Assembly (NCBI GenBank): GCA_030141605.1
Contig: JAQGDQ010000270.1
Location: 128,976-192,975 of the forward strand
Reading direction: 5' to 3'
DNA: 64,000 bases
From: Tubiluchus corallicola
Taxonomy: Eukaryota > Animalia > Priapulida
Shown: in pieces, positions 11,114 to 21,941 of the stretch
How positions within the stretch are numbered: the first letter of the stretch is position 1
How the letters are laid out: every line of letters begins with the position of its first letter
Position numbers and translations under genes: made by a program
The notes under the pieces: generated by a model
Database searches by the model: none
Seen by the model: the letters and a program-made list of their open reading frames with translations, nothing else
What the model was told of the DNA's origin: nothing

Positions 11114-12067
11114 ATGAAAGTAATAGATATTATAAAGCAGTCTGATAAAACAATTTTTTCTTTTGAACTTCTTCCCCCATTGAAGGGGCAGGATGCCGGC
11201 AGGCTATATCGTACTATCGAAGAGTTACTGGAGTTTGAACCTAAGTACATAAACCTTACGGCACACAGGGATGAGGTTGAGTATCGTAAGCTTCCCGGTG
11301 GGTTACTTAAAAAGCATACTGTAAGGAAGCGACCGGGGACCGTTGCAATTGCAGCTTCTATACAACATCGATATAATGTACCTGTTGTACCACATGTTGT
11401 TTGCGGTGGATTTACCAGTGAGGAGAATGAGAATATACTAATTGATCTTAATTTTCTGGAGATAAATAATATATTGGTTCTTCGCGGGGACGGGTTAAAG
11501 TCTGATGCTGTTTTTAGACCGGAGCCTGAAGGGCACGCCTATGCTAGTGAGCTTGTTCAGCAGGTTACCGGGCTCAATAGAGGGGAGTACCTTAATCCTG
11601 ATTTGAAGAATAGCTCTTGTATGGATTTTTGTATAGGAGTGGCTGGATACCCGGAGAAGCATGAGGAGTCTCCAAATATGGAGACAGATCTCCACTACTT
11701 GAAGCAGAAGGTTGATGCGGGAGCTGATTATATTGTTACACAGATGTTTTTTGATAATAAAAAGTACTATAGCTTTGTTGACAGATGCCGCGAAGCCGGT
11801 ATTAATGTTCCTATAATACCGGGACTTAAGCCTATTGCTTTGTCAAATCAGATAAGTGTTTTACCCAAGATATTCAGTATAGATATTCCCGAGGAGCTCT
11901 CTTCTGAGGTGCGTAAGTGTAAGACTAACGACATGGTCAAAAAGATAGGGGCGGAGTGGTCTATAGAGCAGGCAAAGGATTTAATGGCAAATGATGTGCC
12001 ATGTATTCACATATACACCTACGGCGTAACCGATAGCATCAGGCAGATCGCCGGGGAGTTGTTTTAG
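11114..12067 (+). CDS. metF: 5,10-methylenetetrahydrofolate reductase
   Basis: FSFELLPP, GVAGYPEKH and ADYIVTQMFFDN motifs. Start moved to the ATG at 11114 (MKVIDII). Lies downstream of metH. Confidence 0.93.
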   Translation: MKVIDIIKQSDKTIFSFELLPPLKGQDAGRLYRTIEELLEFEPKYINLTAHRDEVEYRKLPGGLLKKHTVRKRPGTVAIAASIQHRYNVPVVPHVVCGGFTSEENENILIDLNFLEINNILVLRGDGLKSDAVFRPEPEGHAYASELVQQVTGLNRGEYLNPDLKNSSCMDFCIGVAGYPEKHEESPNMETDLHYLKQKVDAGADYIVTQMFFDNKKYYSFVDRCREAGINVPIIPGLKPIALSNQISVLPKIFSIDIPEELSSEVRKCKTNDMVKKIGAEWSIEQAKDLMANDVPCIHIYTYGVTDSIRQIAGELF

Positions 12068-12216
12068 AGTACGACTTCTGTATGCTGTTTCAAAAAGAGA
12101 GCCGTCTAGCTCTTCTTCATTATAAAGGGCAGTGTTTTAAATCTAAATGGTTATTTTTGTAGATAGAACAGTTCAACTTCCGCGCGTTTTATGTGCGGTT
12201 CACTATATATCATTCT

Positions 12217-13386
12217 ATGAGTTGTAAAAAAAATGCAAGAGGATGTCCATCTGCTAAAATGACAGGAACCTGTGCAAAACTGGAAGTTTTTGATTGGCTT
12301 AAAGATATACCTAATACATTTAATCCCCGCGAGATAGTTGAGGTCAGGTTTAAAAATACCCGAAAAGATTATTACAGGAATGTAAATGATTTGAGGCTGG
12401 ATACTGGAGATATGGTTGCTGTTGAATCCAGCCCAGGGCATGATATAGGAGTAGTGTCACTTGTTGGCGACTTGGTATTGAAGCAGATGAAGGGAAGAAG
12501 AGTAACCTATGTTGGTGGAGAGTTGAGGAAAATTTATCGCAAGGCCAGTCATGTAGATATTCAGAAATGGGAAGAGGCAATTTCTCTGGAGCATGAAACG
12601 ATGCTTGAAGCCAGAAAGATTGCGGAAAATCTTGGGTTGGACATGAAGATTGGAGATGTTGAGTTTCAGGGTGACAAGACAAAGGCTATCTTTTATTACA
12701 TTGCTGAAGAGCGTGTTGATTTTAGGCAACTCATAAGAGTTTATGCCGATACCTTTAAAGTTAGAATAGAGATGAAGCAGATAGGTGTCAGGCAGGAGGC
12801 AGGAAGGATAGGGGGTGTAGGCTCTTGTGGGCGGGAGCTGTGTTGCTGTTCATGGATGACTGATTTTGTATCTGTCTCAACAACTGCTGCACGGCATCAG
12901 GAGATATCGTTAAATCCGCAGAAACTTGCCGGGCAGTGTGGTAAGTTAAAATGCTGTTTAAATTATGAGTTGGATTGCTACATTGACGCGCAGAAAGATT
13001 TTCCTCCATATAATGTTCCGTTAGAAACGGAAAATGCTACTTTTTCTTTTCTCAAAGCGGATATTTTTAACAAAGTGTACTGGTACGCTCCAGAAAAAGG
13101 GCTTTTGGGGGGAGTTGTAGCAGTGCCGATAGATAGAGTTAGGGAGATAATTAACCTGAATAAAGAGGGGAAAAAGGTAAGCCGGTTAACTAACAAAGCA
13201 GAGAGTGGAGGTGATACTGACAAGCATGGCTACCACAATGCTGTGGGGGAGGACAGGCTTGATAGGTTTGATCACCATAAAAAGTCAGGTAAAAAAAGGA
13301 AGAAGGGCAAGTCGGCAAATTACCAAAAGCGGCAAAGTGTAAAAGGCAAAAACGGTGATAAAAGACGTAAAACAAAAGGGCGTTAG
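12217..13386 (+). CDS. ricT: PSP1 C-terminal domain / RicT (YaaT) Fe-S regulatory protein
   Basis: GSCGRELCC, KLAGQCGKLKCCLNYE and RVDFRQLI motifs. Likely start is the ATG at 12217. Confidence 0.85.
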   Translation: MSCKKNARGCPSAKMTGTCAKLEVFDWLKDIPNTFNPREIVEVRFKNTRKDYYRNVNDLRLDTGDMVAVESSPGHDIGVVSLVGDLVLKQMKGRRVTYVGGELRKIYRKASHVDIQKWEEAISLEHETMLEARKIAENLGLDMKIGDVEFQGDKTKAIFYYIAEERVDFRQLIRVYADTFKVRIEMKQIGVRQEAGRIGGVGSCGRELCCCSWMTDFVSVSTTAARHQEISLNPQKLAGQCGKLKCCLNYELDCYIDAQKDFPPYNVPLETENATFSFLKADIFNKVYWYAPEKGLLGGVVAVPIDRVREIINLNKEGKKVSRLTNKAESGGDTDKHGYHNAVGEDRLDRFDHHKKSGKKRKKGKSANYQKRQSVKGKNGDKRRKTKGR

Positions 13387-13861
13387 TTCAACAGTTTTTA
13401 TCTCTGTAATCCTCCTTGCAATTGTATTCTGTAATTGTAATTCGGGTAGTGTTTACAAGGGGGATAAATCTTTTGACAGGTTTGGCTGGTACAAAGATTC
13501 ACTGCTTGTGTTTAACTTTGAGGTTACTGACACAGCGGTTCCGTTAAATCTTTACCTGAATGTCAGAAATGAGGGTGCATACGAGTATAGTAATTTGTGG
13601 CTATTTACATCTGTAAGCAGGAGTAGTGACACTGTTTTTAGTGATACGCTTGAGCTAACGTTGGCGGATCACACCGGTAAGTGGCGTGGGCGCAGTGGGC
13701 TATCCGACCTATATAGCAAGCAGTATGAGTATAAAAAACAAGTGCATTTCCCTATTTCTGGTAGCTATTCTGTAAATTTTCAGCATGGTATGCGTACCGA
13801 TAGCGGATATATAAAGGGAATACGAAATATAGGGTTAGTGATAGAAGCGGCAGAGCAATAA
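13355..13861 (+). CDS. gldH: Gliding motility lipoprotein GldH family
   Basis: Lipoprotein-like N-terminus, RNEGAYEYSNLWL, DTLELTLADHTGKWRG and QHGMR. Occupies the conserved position after the PSP1 gene. Confidence 0.85.
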   Translation: MIKDVKQKGVSSTVFISVILLAIVFCNCNSGSVYKGDKSFDRFGWYKDSLLVFNFEVTDTAVPLNLYLNVRNEGAYEYSNLWLFTSVSRSSDTVFSDTLELTLADHTGKWRGRSGLSDLYSKQYEYKKQVHFPISGSYSVNFQHGMRTDSGYIKGIRNIGLVIEAAEQ

Positions 13862-13924
13862 GTAGAGTAATTCTTTACTATATTTGTTGTTAAAGAGAGT
13901 TGCTTCAATAAATTTAAGTAGGGA

Positions 13925-14671
13925 GTGGGGAAAAATAAGCTCGCAAAGTTTATCGAATTAGAGTCTTTTGGAAATGTTATTCAGGTTTCATATAAGGATG
14001 TGATATCTGGTGAGTTTGGTATGAAGGGTAGGTGGGGAGCAGCTTTTTTCAACAATGATAATCCAATAGTTCTTGAGCTGGGTTGCGGAAAGGGAGAGTA
14101 TACAGTTGGACTTGGGAGGCTACTTCCCGGGAGAAACTTTATAGGGGTAGATATTAAAGGTGCTAGAATGTGGAAAGGTGCTAAGGAGGCAAGTGAGTCA
14201 CAGATGAGGAACGTGGGTTTTTTGCGCACCAATATTGAGCTGCTTGGCTCACTTTTTGGCAGTAATGAGGTTTCAGAAATATGGATAACTTTTCCTGATC
14301 CTCAGATGAAAAAGTGCAAAAAGCGATTGACATCCTCTTATTTTATGAAGTTGTATCGGGAGTTTTTGGCGCCGGGGGGATTAATACACCTTAAAACGGA
14401 TAGTAACTTCTTGTACCGGTATACTATGGCAATGATTGCTGAGAATAATTTTGACGTACTTGCGAAATCGTGTGACATATACAGCTCTACGGTAGGGGAT
14501 ACATCATTGGATATAAAAACATTTTATGAACGGCAGTGGTTGGAGCGGGGAAAGAAGATTAAGTATGTGAGGTTTATGTTAAACGGTGGCAGCATTGTTG
14601 AGCCTGAGGTTGAAATTGAACATGACGATTATCGTAGTTTTGGCAGGAATCGCAGAGGGGCTATTGAGTGA
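13925..14671 (+). CDS. trmB: tRNA (guanine46-N7)-methyltransferase
   Basis: LELGCGKGEY, GVDIKGARMW, ITFPDPQ and HLKTDS motifs. TATATTTG promoter element at 13879-13886. Confidence 0.95.
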   Translation: MGKNKLAKFIELESFGNVIQVSYKDVISGEFGMKGRWGAAFFNNDNPIVLELGCGKGEYTVGLGRLLPGRNFIGVDIKGARMWKGAKEASESQMRNVGFLRTNIELLGSLFGSNEVSEIWITFPDPQMKKCKKRLTSSYFMKLYREFLAPGGLIHLKTDSNFLYRYTMAMIAENNFDVLAKSCDIYSSTVGDTSLDIKTFYERQWLERGKKIKYVRFMLNGGSIVEPEVEIEHDDYRSFGRNRRGAIE

Positions 14672-14735
14672 GATACTATTGTAGGGTATAGTAATTGATG
14701 AAATATCTACATTAAATACACTATTTTTAGGTTTT

Positions 14736-15059
14736 ATGTCTGACTTTTATGAAAAGGTGTACGATGTGGCCAGGCTTATTCCGTTTGGAAGAGTAACCAG
14801 TTATGGTGCAATAGCGAAGTATCTTGGTTCGCCACAGTCATCCAGGCTGGTAGGGTGGGCGATGAATAAAGCTGGCTACCAGGATAGGTATATTCCAGCA
14901 CACAGAGTTGTAAACCGCAATGGAATGCTATCGGGCAAGGCTCATTTCGGAGCTCCCAATGCCATGCAGGAGCTGCTTGAAAATGAAGGACATGAGATAA
15001 AAGATAATTGTATTATAAATTTTGCAGATATTTTCTGGGACCCACAGTGTGAAATATGA
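14736..15059 (+). CDS. MGMT-family alkyltransferase-like (ATL) protein
   Basis: IPFGRVTSYGAIA. PAHRVV replaces the catalytic PCHRV. Confidence 0.85.
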   Translation: MSDFYEKVYDVARLIPFGRVTSYGAIAKYLGSPQSSRLVGWAMNKAGYQDRYIPAHRVVNRNGMLSGKAHFGAPNAMQELLENEGHEIKDNCIINFADIFWDPQCEI

Positions 15060-15107
15060 GAATATATCTTTTTTGTACGCTTACTAACCTGTATTTTAAT
15101 ACGCAGT

Positions 15108-16202
15108 ATGATTACAACACCTAAAAGAGTTACCGATATTTTAAATGGCGTAAGCTACCCGGGTAGTAATGAGAGTATAGTGTCATTGGATATGGTACAG
15201 GAAATCAGAATAGCCGGAAACAGAATAACATTTACTCTGGTTTTTCAAAGAGATGATGATCCGAATATCGACAAGTTGTCCGAGCTATGCACAGCGGCTT
15301 TGAAAAGAGAGACTGGGAAAGATTTTGATATTATTATAACTCCTAAAGCTCTGCATCAAATGGCGGCTCCTGTTTTACCTGATGTTGAGAATATAATTGC
15401 TATAGCTTCGGGGAAAGGTGGGGTTGGAAAGTCTACTGTTTCTGTTAATTTGGCAGTAGCATTGGCTAAGTCAGGGGCAAAAGTTGGGCTTATAGATGCT
15501 GATATTTACGGCCCATCAATTCCCAAAATGCTTGGGCTGGAGGGTGCGCATCCCTCTACGGAGAAGCTGAATGGTAGGGAGATGATTTCTCCCATGGAGA
15601 AGTATGGCATTAAGATCTTGTCAATAGGTTTTTTTATGCGTGAGCGACAGGATGCCCTGGTATGGAGAGGCCCTATGGCTTCTAATGCGTTGAAACAGTT
15701 AATTACTAAAGGAAACTGGGGTGATCTTGACTATATGCTTGTTGATCTGCCTCCAGGCACAAGCGATATTCACCTTACTCTGGTGCAGACAGTTCCTGTA
15801 ACAGGGGCCGTTATAGTAACTACTCCCCAAGAGGTTGCGCTGGCAGATGTAGTCAAGGGTGTTGCAATGTTTAAAAGCAAATCTGTTGATGTGCCCATAT
15901 TGGGAATAGTAGAAAATATGTCTTGGTTTACACCAGAAGAGCTACCTGACAACAGGTATTATATTTTTGGCAAAGATGGAGGCAAAGATTTAGCGAAGGA
16001 GATGGAGTTGCCTTTACTGGGGCAGATTCCCATAGTGGGAAGCGTTAGAGAAGATTGTGATAATGGTGTACCTTCAGCATGGGATGATACTTCTGTAACG
16101 GTAGAGATATTTGATAGCCTGGCGAAAAATATTGCTCATTATACACATGTGAGGAATAATTTTCGCAGACCAACGCAAAAAGTTAAGGTGAGAAAGAGGT
16201 AA
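15108..16202 (+). CDS. mrp: Mrp/NBP35 (ApbC) Fe-S cluster carrier ATPase
   Basis: ASGKGGVGKSTV, DADIYGPS, DLPPGTSD and ENMS motifs, with an N-terminal DUF59-like domain. Confidence 0.92.
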   Translation: MITTPKRVTDILNGVSYPGSNESIVSLDMVQEIRIAGNRITFTLVFQRDDDPNIDKLSELCTAALKRETGKDFDIIITPKALHQMAAPVLPDVENIIAIASGKGGVGKSTVSVNLAVALAKSGAKVGLIDADIYGPSIPKMLGLEGAHPSTEKLNGREMISPMEKYGIKILSIGFFMRERQDALVWRGPMASNALKQLITKGNWGDLDYMLVDLPPGTSDIHLTLVQTVPVTGAVIVTTPQEVALADVVKGVAMFKSKSVDVPILGIVENMSWFTPEELPDNRYYIFGKDGGKDLAKEMELPLLGQIPIVGSVREDCDNGVPSAWDDTSVTVEIFDSLAKNIAHYTHVRNNFRRPTQKVKVRKR

Positions 16203-16290
16203 CTATGTTTTAATAGTTATCTATTTTGGGAGAATACGGTTGTGGGTGATAATTTATTATTGAATAAGCAGTTGTTGTAGCTGCTAGTTA

Positions 16291-19200
16291 ATGAGTAGTT
16301 TATTGAGCCATTATATCCGAAATATCTTATTTCTAGCCTGGGTATGTTTACTTCTCCATGGTTGTTCTACAGAGAAGAATACCACTATGTCTCGGGCATA
16401 TCATAGTGTGACTTCATATTACAACATCTATTTTAATGCGAAAGAGGATGTGAAACAAGGCATTGAGGCTATTGAGCTCTCTATTGAGGATGAGTATACA
16501 AGCATGCTTCCGATTTATAAGTCGAGTAATCCTGGGACGGCAGACGTAGCCAGGCACGATATGGAAACAGCCATTAAAAAGTGTTCTAAACTTATTGTCA
16601 AGCATTCTATAACACGAAAGCCCAAAAGGAGGAGTAAGAGCTCAGAGAGGTATAAGAAGCTGGCTTCTAAGTCGGAGTTTAATCGTTGGGTGGATGAAAG
16701 CTACTTATTAATTGGTAAAGCATATTTATACATGCATGATTACCATAGGGCGGTAGAGAACTTTTCTTACTTAGTGCGGAATTTCGGATATGAGAACGCC
16801 CGCTTTGAGGCGTATGTGTGGATGGCAAAGGCGCATGTAGTGAATAATCGGTTTATAAATGCTAGTGAGGTGTTTGATTTGCTAAGCGGTGAGCCGAACT
16901 TTCCTATAAAGCTTCGGCCTCATCTTGAGCTGGTTAAGTCAGATTATTACATCAGGCAGGGCCTTTATAAAGAGGCAATATACCATGTGGAAGAGGCATT
17001 AATGTTCAGGCTCTCCCGGAGGGAAAAAATAAGGTACACCTATATTTTGGCACAGTTGTATGCGGAGATAGGTAAGCCGGAGCTGGCGGTAAAGTATTTC
17101 CAGGAGGTGATTAGAAAACGCCCACACTACGATATGCTATTTAATGCCCGCCTTAATAAAGCTATACTGTCAGGAGATAATGCTGATTCTGAAGATCTTA
17201 TGAGGATGTTGAATAAGATGTTGAAAGATCAGAAAAACGCAGACTTTCGTGATCGTATATATTATGCTATGGGTAAGGTGGCTATGGGAGAAGAAAACAG
17301 ATCGGGTGCTGTTGATTTTTATCGACTATCGGCAGCTACAAGTACGGTAAACCTGGATCAAAGAGCACTATCATGCCTTGAGCTTGCCAGACTGTATTAT
17401 GATGATGAAATGTATGTTTTATCGAAAAGGTATTATGATAGTACCCTGGTTGTTATTAATAAAAACTATTTCGGCTATGACGAAATTAATACACGTTCGT
17501 CCAGTCTGAACAGATTGGTAAGTAATTTATTAATAGTGGAGAGGGAAGATAGTTTACAGAGGATTGCTTTAATGCCGGAAGAAGAGAGAAATGCAGTAAT
17601 AGACCAGGTAGTTGATAAAGAGAGGGAAGAGGGGCTCAAGTGGATGCAGGTGGCAGAGCAGAGTTACGCTTTTTCTGAAGGGGGTCAGAGAACCTCTGCT
17701 CAAACAGATGCGGGAGCATGGTACTTTTATAGCCCAGCAACTGTGAGAATGGGTAAGTTGGAGTTCCAACGAATTTGGGGAGAGCGTAAACTTGAGGATG
17801 GGTGGAGAAGGTCAAATAAAGCCATTGTTTCTACAGAAGAGCCTGATAGATATGCAGATGACGCAATGAAAGATGCATCTCCCGGCATGGAGAGTGAAGA
17901 GGTTGTAGATCAGGATTATAGGGATAGATACCTTCGTGATTTACCGCTTACTGATTCTTTGATGAGTGTATCGAATGAACGAATACTTATAGCGCTGTTT
18001 AATGCGGGTAGAATCTATCACTCGGATTTTAATGATTTTAATCGTTCGATAAAGACGCTGGAGGATATGAATAGGCGGTTTCCTAACAATATCTTTGAGC
18101 TTCAGTCGTGGTATGAGCTCTACCATGTAAATAAGATAATTGAGAATGAAAGGCGTGTTAGGTATTATGAAAAAAAGATAGTGTCAGGCTATCCTGATTC
18201 AAAGTATGCTAAGTATCTGTTGAACCCAAATTCTATTGCTGAGCAGAAGATGCTTTCTGATAGTATAAATAGCTTATATAGACAGGCATATAGCCATTAC
18301 CAAGATCGTAATTTTAATGAGGTGGAGCGGTATGTTAGTAAGATTATGGTAATGGATCCGGATACATTGCTACTGCCCAAGGTACAATTTCTCAAAGTTA
18401 TTTCCAGAGCTGAAACCATGAGGATGCAAGATTTTTCTGTGTTACTTAAAATGTATATTGACAGCTTTCCACAGGCGGAGTCTCATGATCTGGCACTGAA
18501 AATATACAAGCTTGTTACTGATAGCGCGCTTGTTGATTCTCAGAGGTTAATAGCTTCGGGATATATCAATGAGACTATTGAGAATACAGATTATTTTAAG
18601 TCTCAGGAGGCTTTAAATGATGAGTTTGGGGGCAAGTTTTCCTATGAAGATGATATATTTCATTATTTTATAGTTGTGGTACCATGGGGCGGGGGAGTAG
18701 ATATTGACAGGCTGGTGTTTGATATCGCAAACTACAATATAGATTATTACACAATGCAGGACTTTGATATAGAAAAGCTGGATTTGAATGCCAGGTCCAG
18801 AATGGTTGTTGTCAGGAGTATGTCTTCCAAAGAAGAGGGGCTAGCCTATTTCAGGTCTATTATTAGAAATAGAGATGTGTTTAACTCACTGAGAGGAATT
18901 GAGTATGTAAATTTTATAGCTTCCTCGACAAACTACAGGGTCGTGTTAGCGGATAGCGATTATAGTGAGTACTTAAAGTTTTTTACAAAGAATTACAGCC
19001 ATTTTGTCGGTTCTGATTTTCCTGCAGAGGATCTTCCGGATTCTGGTAAGGATCTGCCAAGAGCTGGGGGGAGGCATGAGTCAGAAGGGGTACATAGAGA
19101 AAAGGACTCTTTTGCGGAGGTTGCTGTTACAGAAGAGAAGCAGGCCGTAGGTGGAGAGGGGAGTAGTGTAAAGAGAGTAAGGGGCGATAACAGGTTGGGG

Positions 19201-19569
19201 GCATATAAATACTCTCCTGCTGCTTCACATCAGTTTATGTTGGTAATTCCTCATGGTGAGATAGATAAGGAAGCCTTTAAAACACAAATGGAGGAGTATA
19301 ATAAGTTAAGTTTTGATTTACCAAAGATAGCGACAAAGGTTATTAGCTTTGATAAAGAGAGAGATGCTCTGGTAGTTGGAGGGCTTGGTGAGAATTCATC
19401 TGCTATGGCATATTTCCGGAAGACAATAATGACCCGCTCTCTATATGCATCACTTGAGGGTTATGATTATTATAATTTTATTATTGATGACGATAATCTT
19501 GCTATACTTTTAAGAGAGAAGTCAATTAATGACTATGTAGAGTTTTTTCGCAAATTCTATTTGGAGTAG
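16291..19569 (+). CDS. porW: T9SS periplasmic TPR lipoprotein PorW/SprE
   Basis: Lipobox LHGC followed by STEKNT...RAYHSVTSYYNIYFNA, TPR repeats, REDSLQRIA and WYFY...WGERKLEDGWRRSNK. Adjacent to porX. Confidence 0.8.
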   Translation: MSSLLSHYIRNILFLAWVCLLLHGCSTEKNTTMSRAYHSVTSYYNIYFNAKEDVKQGIEAIELSIEDEYTSMLPIYKSSNPGTADVARHDMETAIKKCSKLIVKHSITRKPKRRSKSSERYKKLASKSEFNRWVDESYLLIGKAYLYMHDYHRAVENFSYLVRNFGYENARFEAYVWMAKAHVVNNRFINASEVFDLLSGEPNFPIKLRPHLELVKSDYYIRQGLYKEAIYHVEEALMFRLSRREKIRYTYILAQLYAEIGKPELAVKYFQEVIRKRPHYDMLFNARLNKAILSGDNADSEDLMRMLNKMLKDQKNADFRDRIYYAMGKVAMGEENRSGAVDFYRLSAATSTVNLDQRALSCLELARLYYDDEMYVLSKRYYDSTLVVINKNYFGYDEINTRSSSLNRLVSNLLIVEREDSLQRIALMPEEERNAVIDQVVDKEREEGLKWMQVAEQSYAFSEGGQRTSAQTDAGAWYFYSPATVRMGKLEFQRIWGERKLEDGWRRSNKAIVSTEEPDRYADDAMKDASPGMESEEVVDQDYRDRYLRDLPLTDSLMSVSNERILIALFNAGRIYHSDFNDFNRSIKTLEDMNRRFPNNIFELQSWYELYHVNKIIENERRVRYYEKKIVSGYPDSKYAKYLLNPNSIAEQKMLSDSINSLYRQAYSHYQDRNFNEVERYVSKIMVMDPDTLLLPKVQFLKVISRAETMRMQDFSVLLKMYIDSFPQAESHDLALKIYKLVTDSALVDSQRLIASGYINETIENTDYFKSQEALNDEFGGKFSYEDDIFHYFIVVVPWGGGVDIDRLVFDIANYNIDYYTMQDFDIEKLDLNARSRMVVVRSMSSKEEGLAYFRSIIRNRDVFNSLRGIEYVNFIASSTNYRVVLADSDYSEYLKFFTKNYSHFVGSDFPAEDLPDSGKDLPRAGGRHESEGVHREKDSFAEVAVTEEKQAVGGEGSSVKRVRGDNRLGAYKYSPAASHQFMLVIPHGEIDKEAFKTQMEEYNKLSFDLPKIATKVISFDKERDALVVGGLGENSSAMAYFRKTIMTRSLYASLEGYDYYNFIIDDDNLAILLREKSINDYVEFFRKFYLE

Positions 19570-19675
19570 ATAATGTGGTTTTGTATGAAAATCTAGTGTT
19601 ATTTTTGAAAAAAGCTCTAATGATTTGTAACTTTAGGAGCGTGTTAATTTTAATCAAGCTATTAAATCTACTTAC

Positions 19676-21235
19676 ATGAGCAATGCCAGTATTCTTTGGG
19701 CTGATGACGAGATAGAGTTACTGAAGCCACATATTTTATTTTTGGAAAATAGAGGGTACTCTATTACTGCAGTAACTAATGGTAATGATGCTATTGAGCA
19801 GGTGGGCAGCAGGAAGTTCGATATTGTTTTTCTTGATGAAAATATGCCGGGTTTATCTGGGTTGGAGACTCTTTCTCATATAAAAGGGATTGCGCCCGGG
19901 GTACCTGTTATAATGATAACTCAAAGTGAAGAGGAGAACATAATAGAGGAGGCGATAGGTGCAAAGATTTCAGATTATCTTATTAAGCCTGTTAATCCTA
20001 ATCAAATATTACTGTCATTAAAGAAAAATATTGAGCAGGGCCGGCTGGTTAAGCAGCAAACAACTTCTGCTTATCAGTCGCAGTTTGCCAATATAGAGAT
20101 GCAGATAAATGAGTCGCTCACTCATGATGACTGGAAAGAGGTGTATCGAAAGCTGGTTTTTTGGGAGCTTGAGCTGGAGGATTCGGGAGATAGCACCATG
20201 GATGAGGTTTTGAGAATGCAGAAAGCAGATGCGAATAATGCTTTTGCAAAATTTATTAAGAACAATTATGTAGGTTGGTTTGACAAGCCATTAGTGGAAA
20301 GGCCACTTTTATCTCCCGATATATTTAGAAACAAAGTGTTTCCCATTCTGGATAAAGGTGAGCAGGTACTTGTTTTGATAATAGATAATCTTCGCTATGA
20401 CCAATGGATGCTTTTGAATAATACTATAAGGGAGTTTTATCATACTGATGAGGAAGACCTTTACTTTAGTATACTTCCAACTTCGACGATGTATGCGCGG
20501 AATGCGATATTTGCCGGGTTAATGCCACTGGAAATAAAGAAGCATTATCCGGATTTGTGGGTAGGTGAGCAAGAGGAAGGAGCTAAGAATCGATTTGAGG
20601 AGGAGCTTTTTACCCATCAGATGAGAAGAATGGATAGAAGCGAGAAGTTTATGTTTGATAAGATAACAAATATTAAGTCAGGCAAGAGAGCTATTGATAG
20701 CTTGAATAGTATACTATCAATGCCTCTTTCTGTGATGGTTTTTAATTTTATAGATCTGATGTCACATTCGCGCACTGAGATGGAGATGATTCGGGAGTTG
20801 GCGAAGGATGAGTCGGCATATCGTTCACTTACAGAGTCGTGGTTTAGGCACTCTACTCTCTTTGATTTGCTTAGGGAGCTTTCGTCTCATGATATGAGGA
20901 TTGTAGTAACGACAGACCACGGCACCGTGAAGGTAGGCAATGCGTTTAAGGTTATGGGGGAGCGCTCAACCAATTCCAATTTGCGCTATAAACAGGGACG
21001 AAATCTCAATTACGACCGTCGTAATGTTTTTGAGTTGAACAGGCCGGAGAGTGGATATCTTCCCTCTTCCAGTGTTAGCTCTTCTTATATTTTTGCCACC
21101 GGGTATGACTTTATGGTGTACCCTAATAATTTTAATCATTATGCCGGGTACTACCGCGACACATTTCAGCACGGTGGAGTTTCTCTGGAGGAGATGATAC
21201 TTCCGATTGTCACTTTGTCGCCGAAAAAGGGATGA
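19676..21235 (+). CDS. porX: T9SS response regulator PorX (receiver plus PglZ/alkaline-phosphatase domain)
   Basis: ILWADDEIELLKPH...LDENMPG receiver domain. PglZ motifs IDNLRYDQW, TTDHG and TFQHGGVSLEEM. Confidence 0.92.
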   Translation: MSNASILWADDEIELLKPHILFLENRGYSITAVTNGNDAIEQVGSRKFDIVFLDENMPGLSGLETLSHIKGIAPGVPVIMITQSEEENIIEEAIGAKISDYLIKPVNPNQILLSLKKNIEQGRLVKQQTTSAYQSQFANIEMQINESLTHDDWKEVYRKLVFWELELEDSGDSTMDEVLRMQKADANNAFAKFIKNNYVGWFDKPLVERPLLSPDIFRNKVFPILDKGEQVLVLIIDNLRYDQWMLLNNTIREFYHTDEEDLYFSILPTSTMYARNAIFAGLMPLEIKKHYPDLWVGEQEEGAKNRFEEELFTHQMRRMDRSEKFMFDKITNIKSGKRAIDSLNSILSMPLSVMVFNFIDLMSHSRTEMEMIRELAKDESAYRSLTESWFRHSTLFDLLRELSSHDMRIVVTTDHGTVKVGNAFKVMGERSTNSNLRYKQGRNLNYDRRNVFELNRPESGYLPSSSVSSSYIFATGYDFMVYPNNFNHYAGYYRDTFQHGGVSLEEMILPIVTLSPKKG

Positions 21236-21269
21236 TTATGTACAGGAGTCAAATGAGTTATCTTCTATT

Positions 21270-21626
21270 TTAGAATGTTAATATTTTATCGCTATCAATT
21301 ACCCATTCAGCTAAATCTGCCATAGTTGATTTTTCCGCTCCGTCAAAGTATGGGTGATTTTTATAAATCCCACAACGCGACATGCAAGTCCCGCAAACTT
21401 TTACCGGAACACCATTGGCAATTAAGCCTTTTAGCATTTGAGACAGATCCTGGTCATAGCCTTCTGGTAGTTTACAAGCATCTCTTGCCATATCAACAGA
21501 GTCATTCATTAGGAAGATCCTCACTTTTTCCTCACTTTTTCTAAGTGTTTCGGCAAGTCTCAATCCGTTCCAGACCACATCTGTGTTATCGTAAGGCTCA
21601 CGATTAAAAATTATTAATATTTTCAT
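21270..21626 (-). CDS. DsrE/YchN-family protein
   Basis: MKILIIFNREPY...NGLRLA...FLMNDSV...KVCGTCMSRCGI...LAEWVIDSDKILTF. Start moved to 21626. Confidence 0.85.
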   Translation of the reverse strand: MKILIIFNREPYDNTDVVWNGLRLAETLRKSEEKVRIFLMNDSVDMARDACKLPEGYDQDLSQMLKGLIANGVPVKVCGTCMSRCGIYKNHPYFDGAEKSTMADLAEWVIDSDKILTF

Positions 21627-21846
21627 ATAGTACTCCTTGTTTTTAGGATAGCAAGTTGAGTTCATGCTTTAAGCCGAACTCGTGCTAGTTATTAATTTTT
21701 TAAGCCTATCTATATTATGAGCTAATGCCCTGAGTCCAATTTACTGTTTTTGTTGTACAATTGTGTGAGTTTCTCTCAAGGTTACACAATTTAGAAGCAG
21801 GGTTTTACCATATTTAGCTTAAGTTTTCAATATCTGATTACTCAAG

Positions 21847-21935
21847 TGTTGAGGCTTTTGCAGCACACACACATTATTTGTTATTTCTCGCCAAAGGCTC
21901 TTCCCCTAAAATCCTCATTTACGTCAGTAAGTTGT
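21847..21935. repeat. Degenerate dispersed intergenic repeat (copy)
   Basis: aaaatcctcatttacgtcagtaa at 21908-21930. It is preceded by tgttgaggcttttgca, the near reverse complement of tgcaaaaggcctcagca at 23661-23677. Confidence 0.7.
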
Positions 21936-21941
21936 AGCTGT

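Noticed and set aside
19676-21235. PglZ domain as evidence of a BREX defence system
   Set aside because: It is fused to a receiver domain next to porW, so it is PorX. No brxC or pglX is present.
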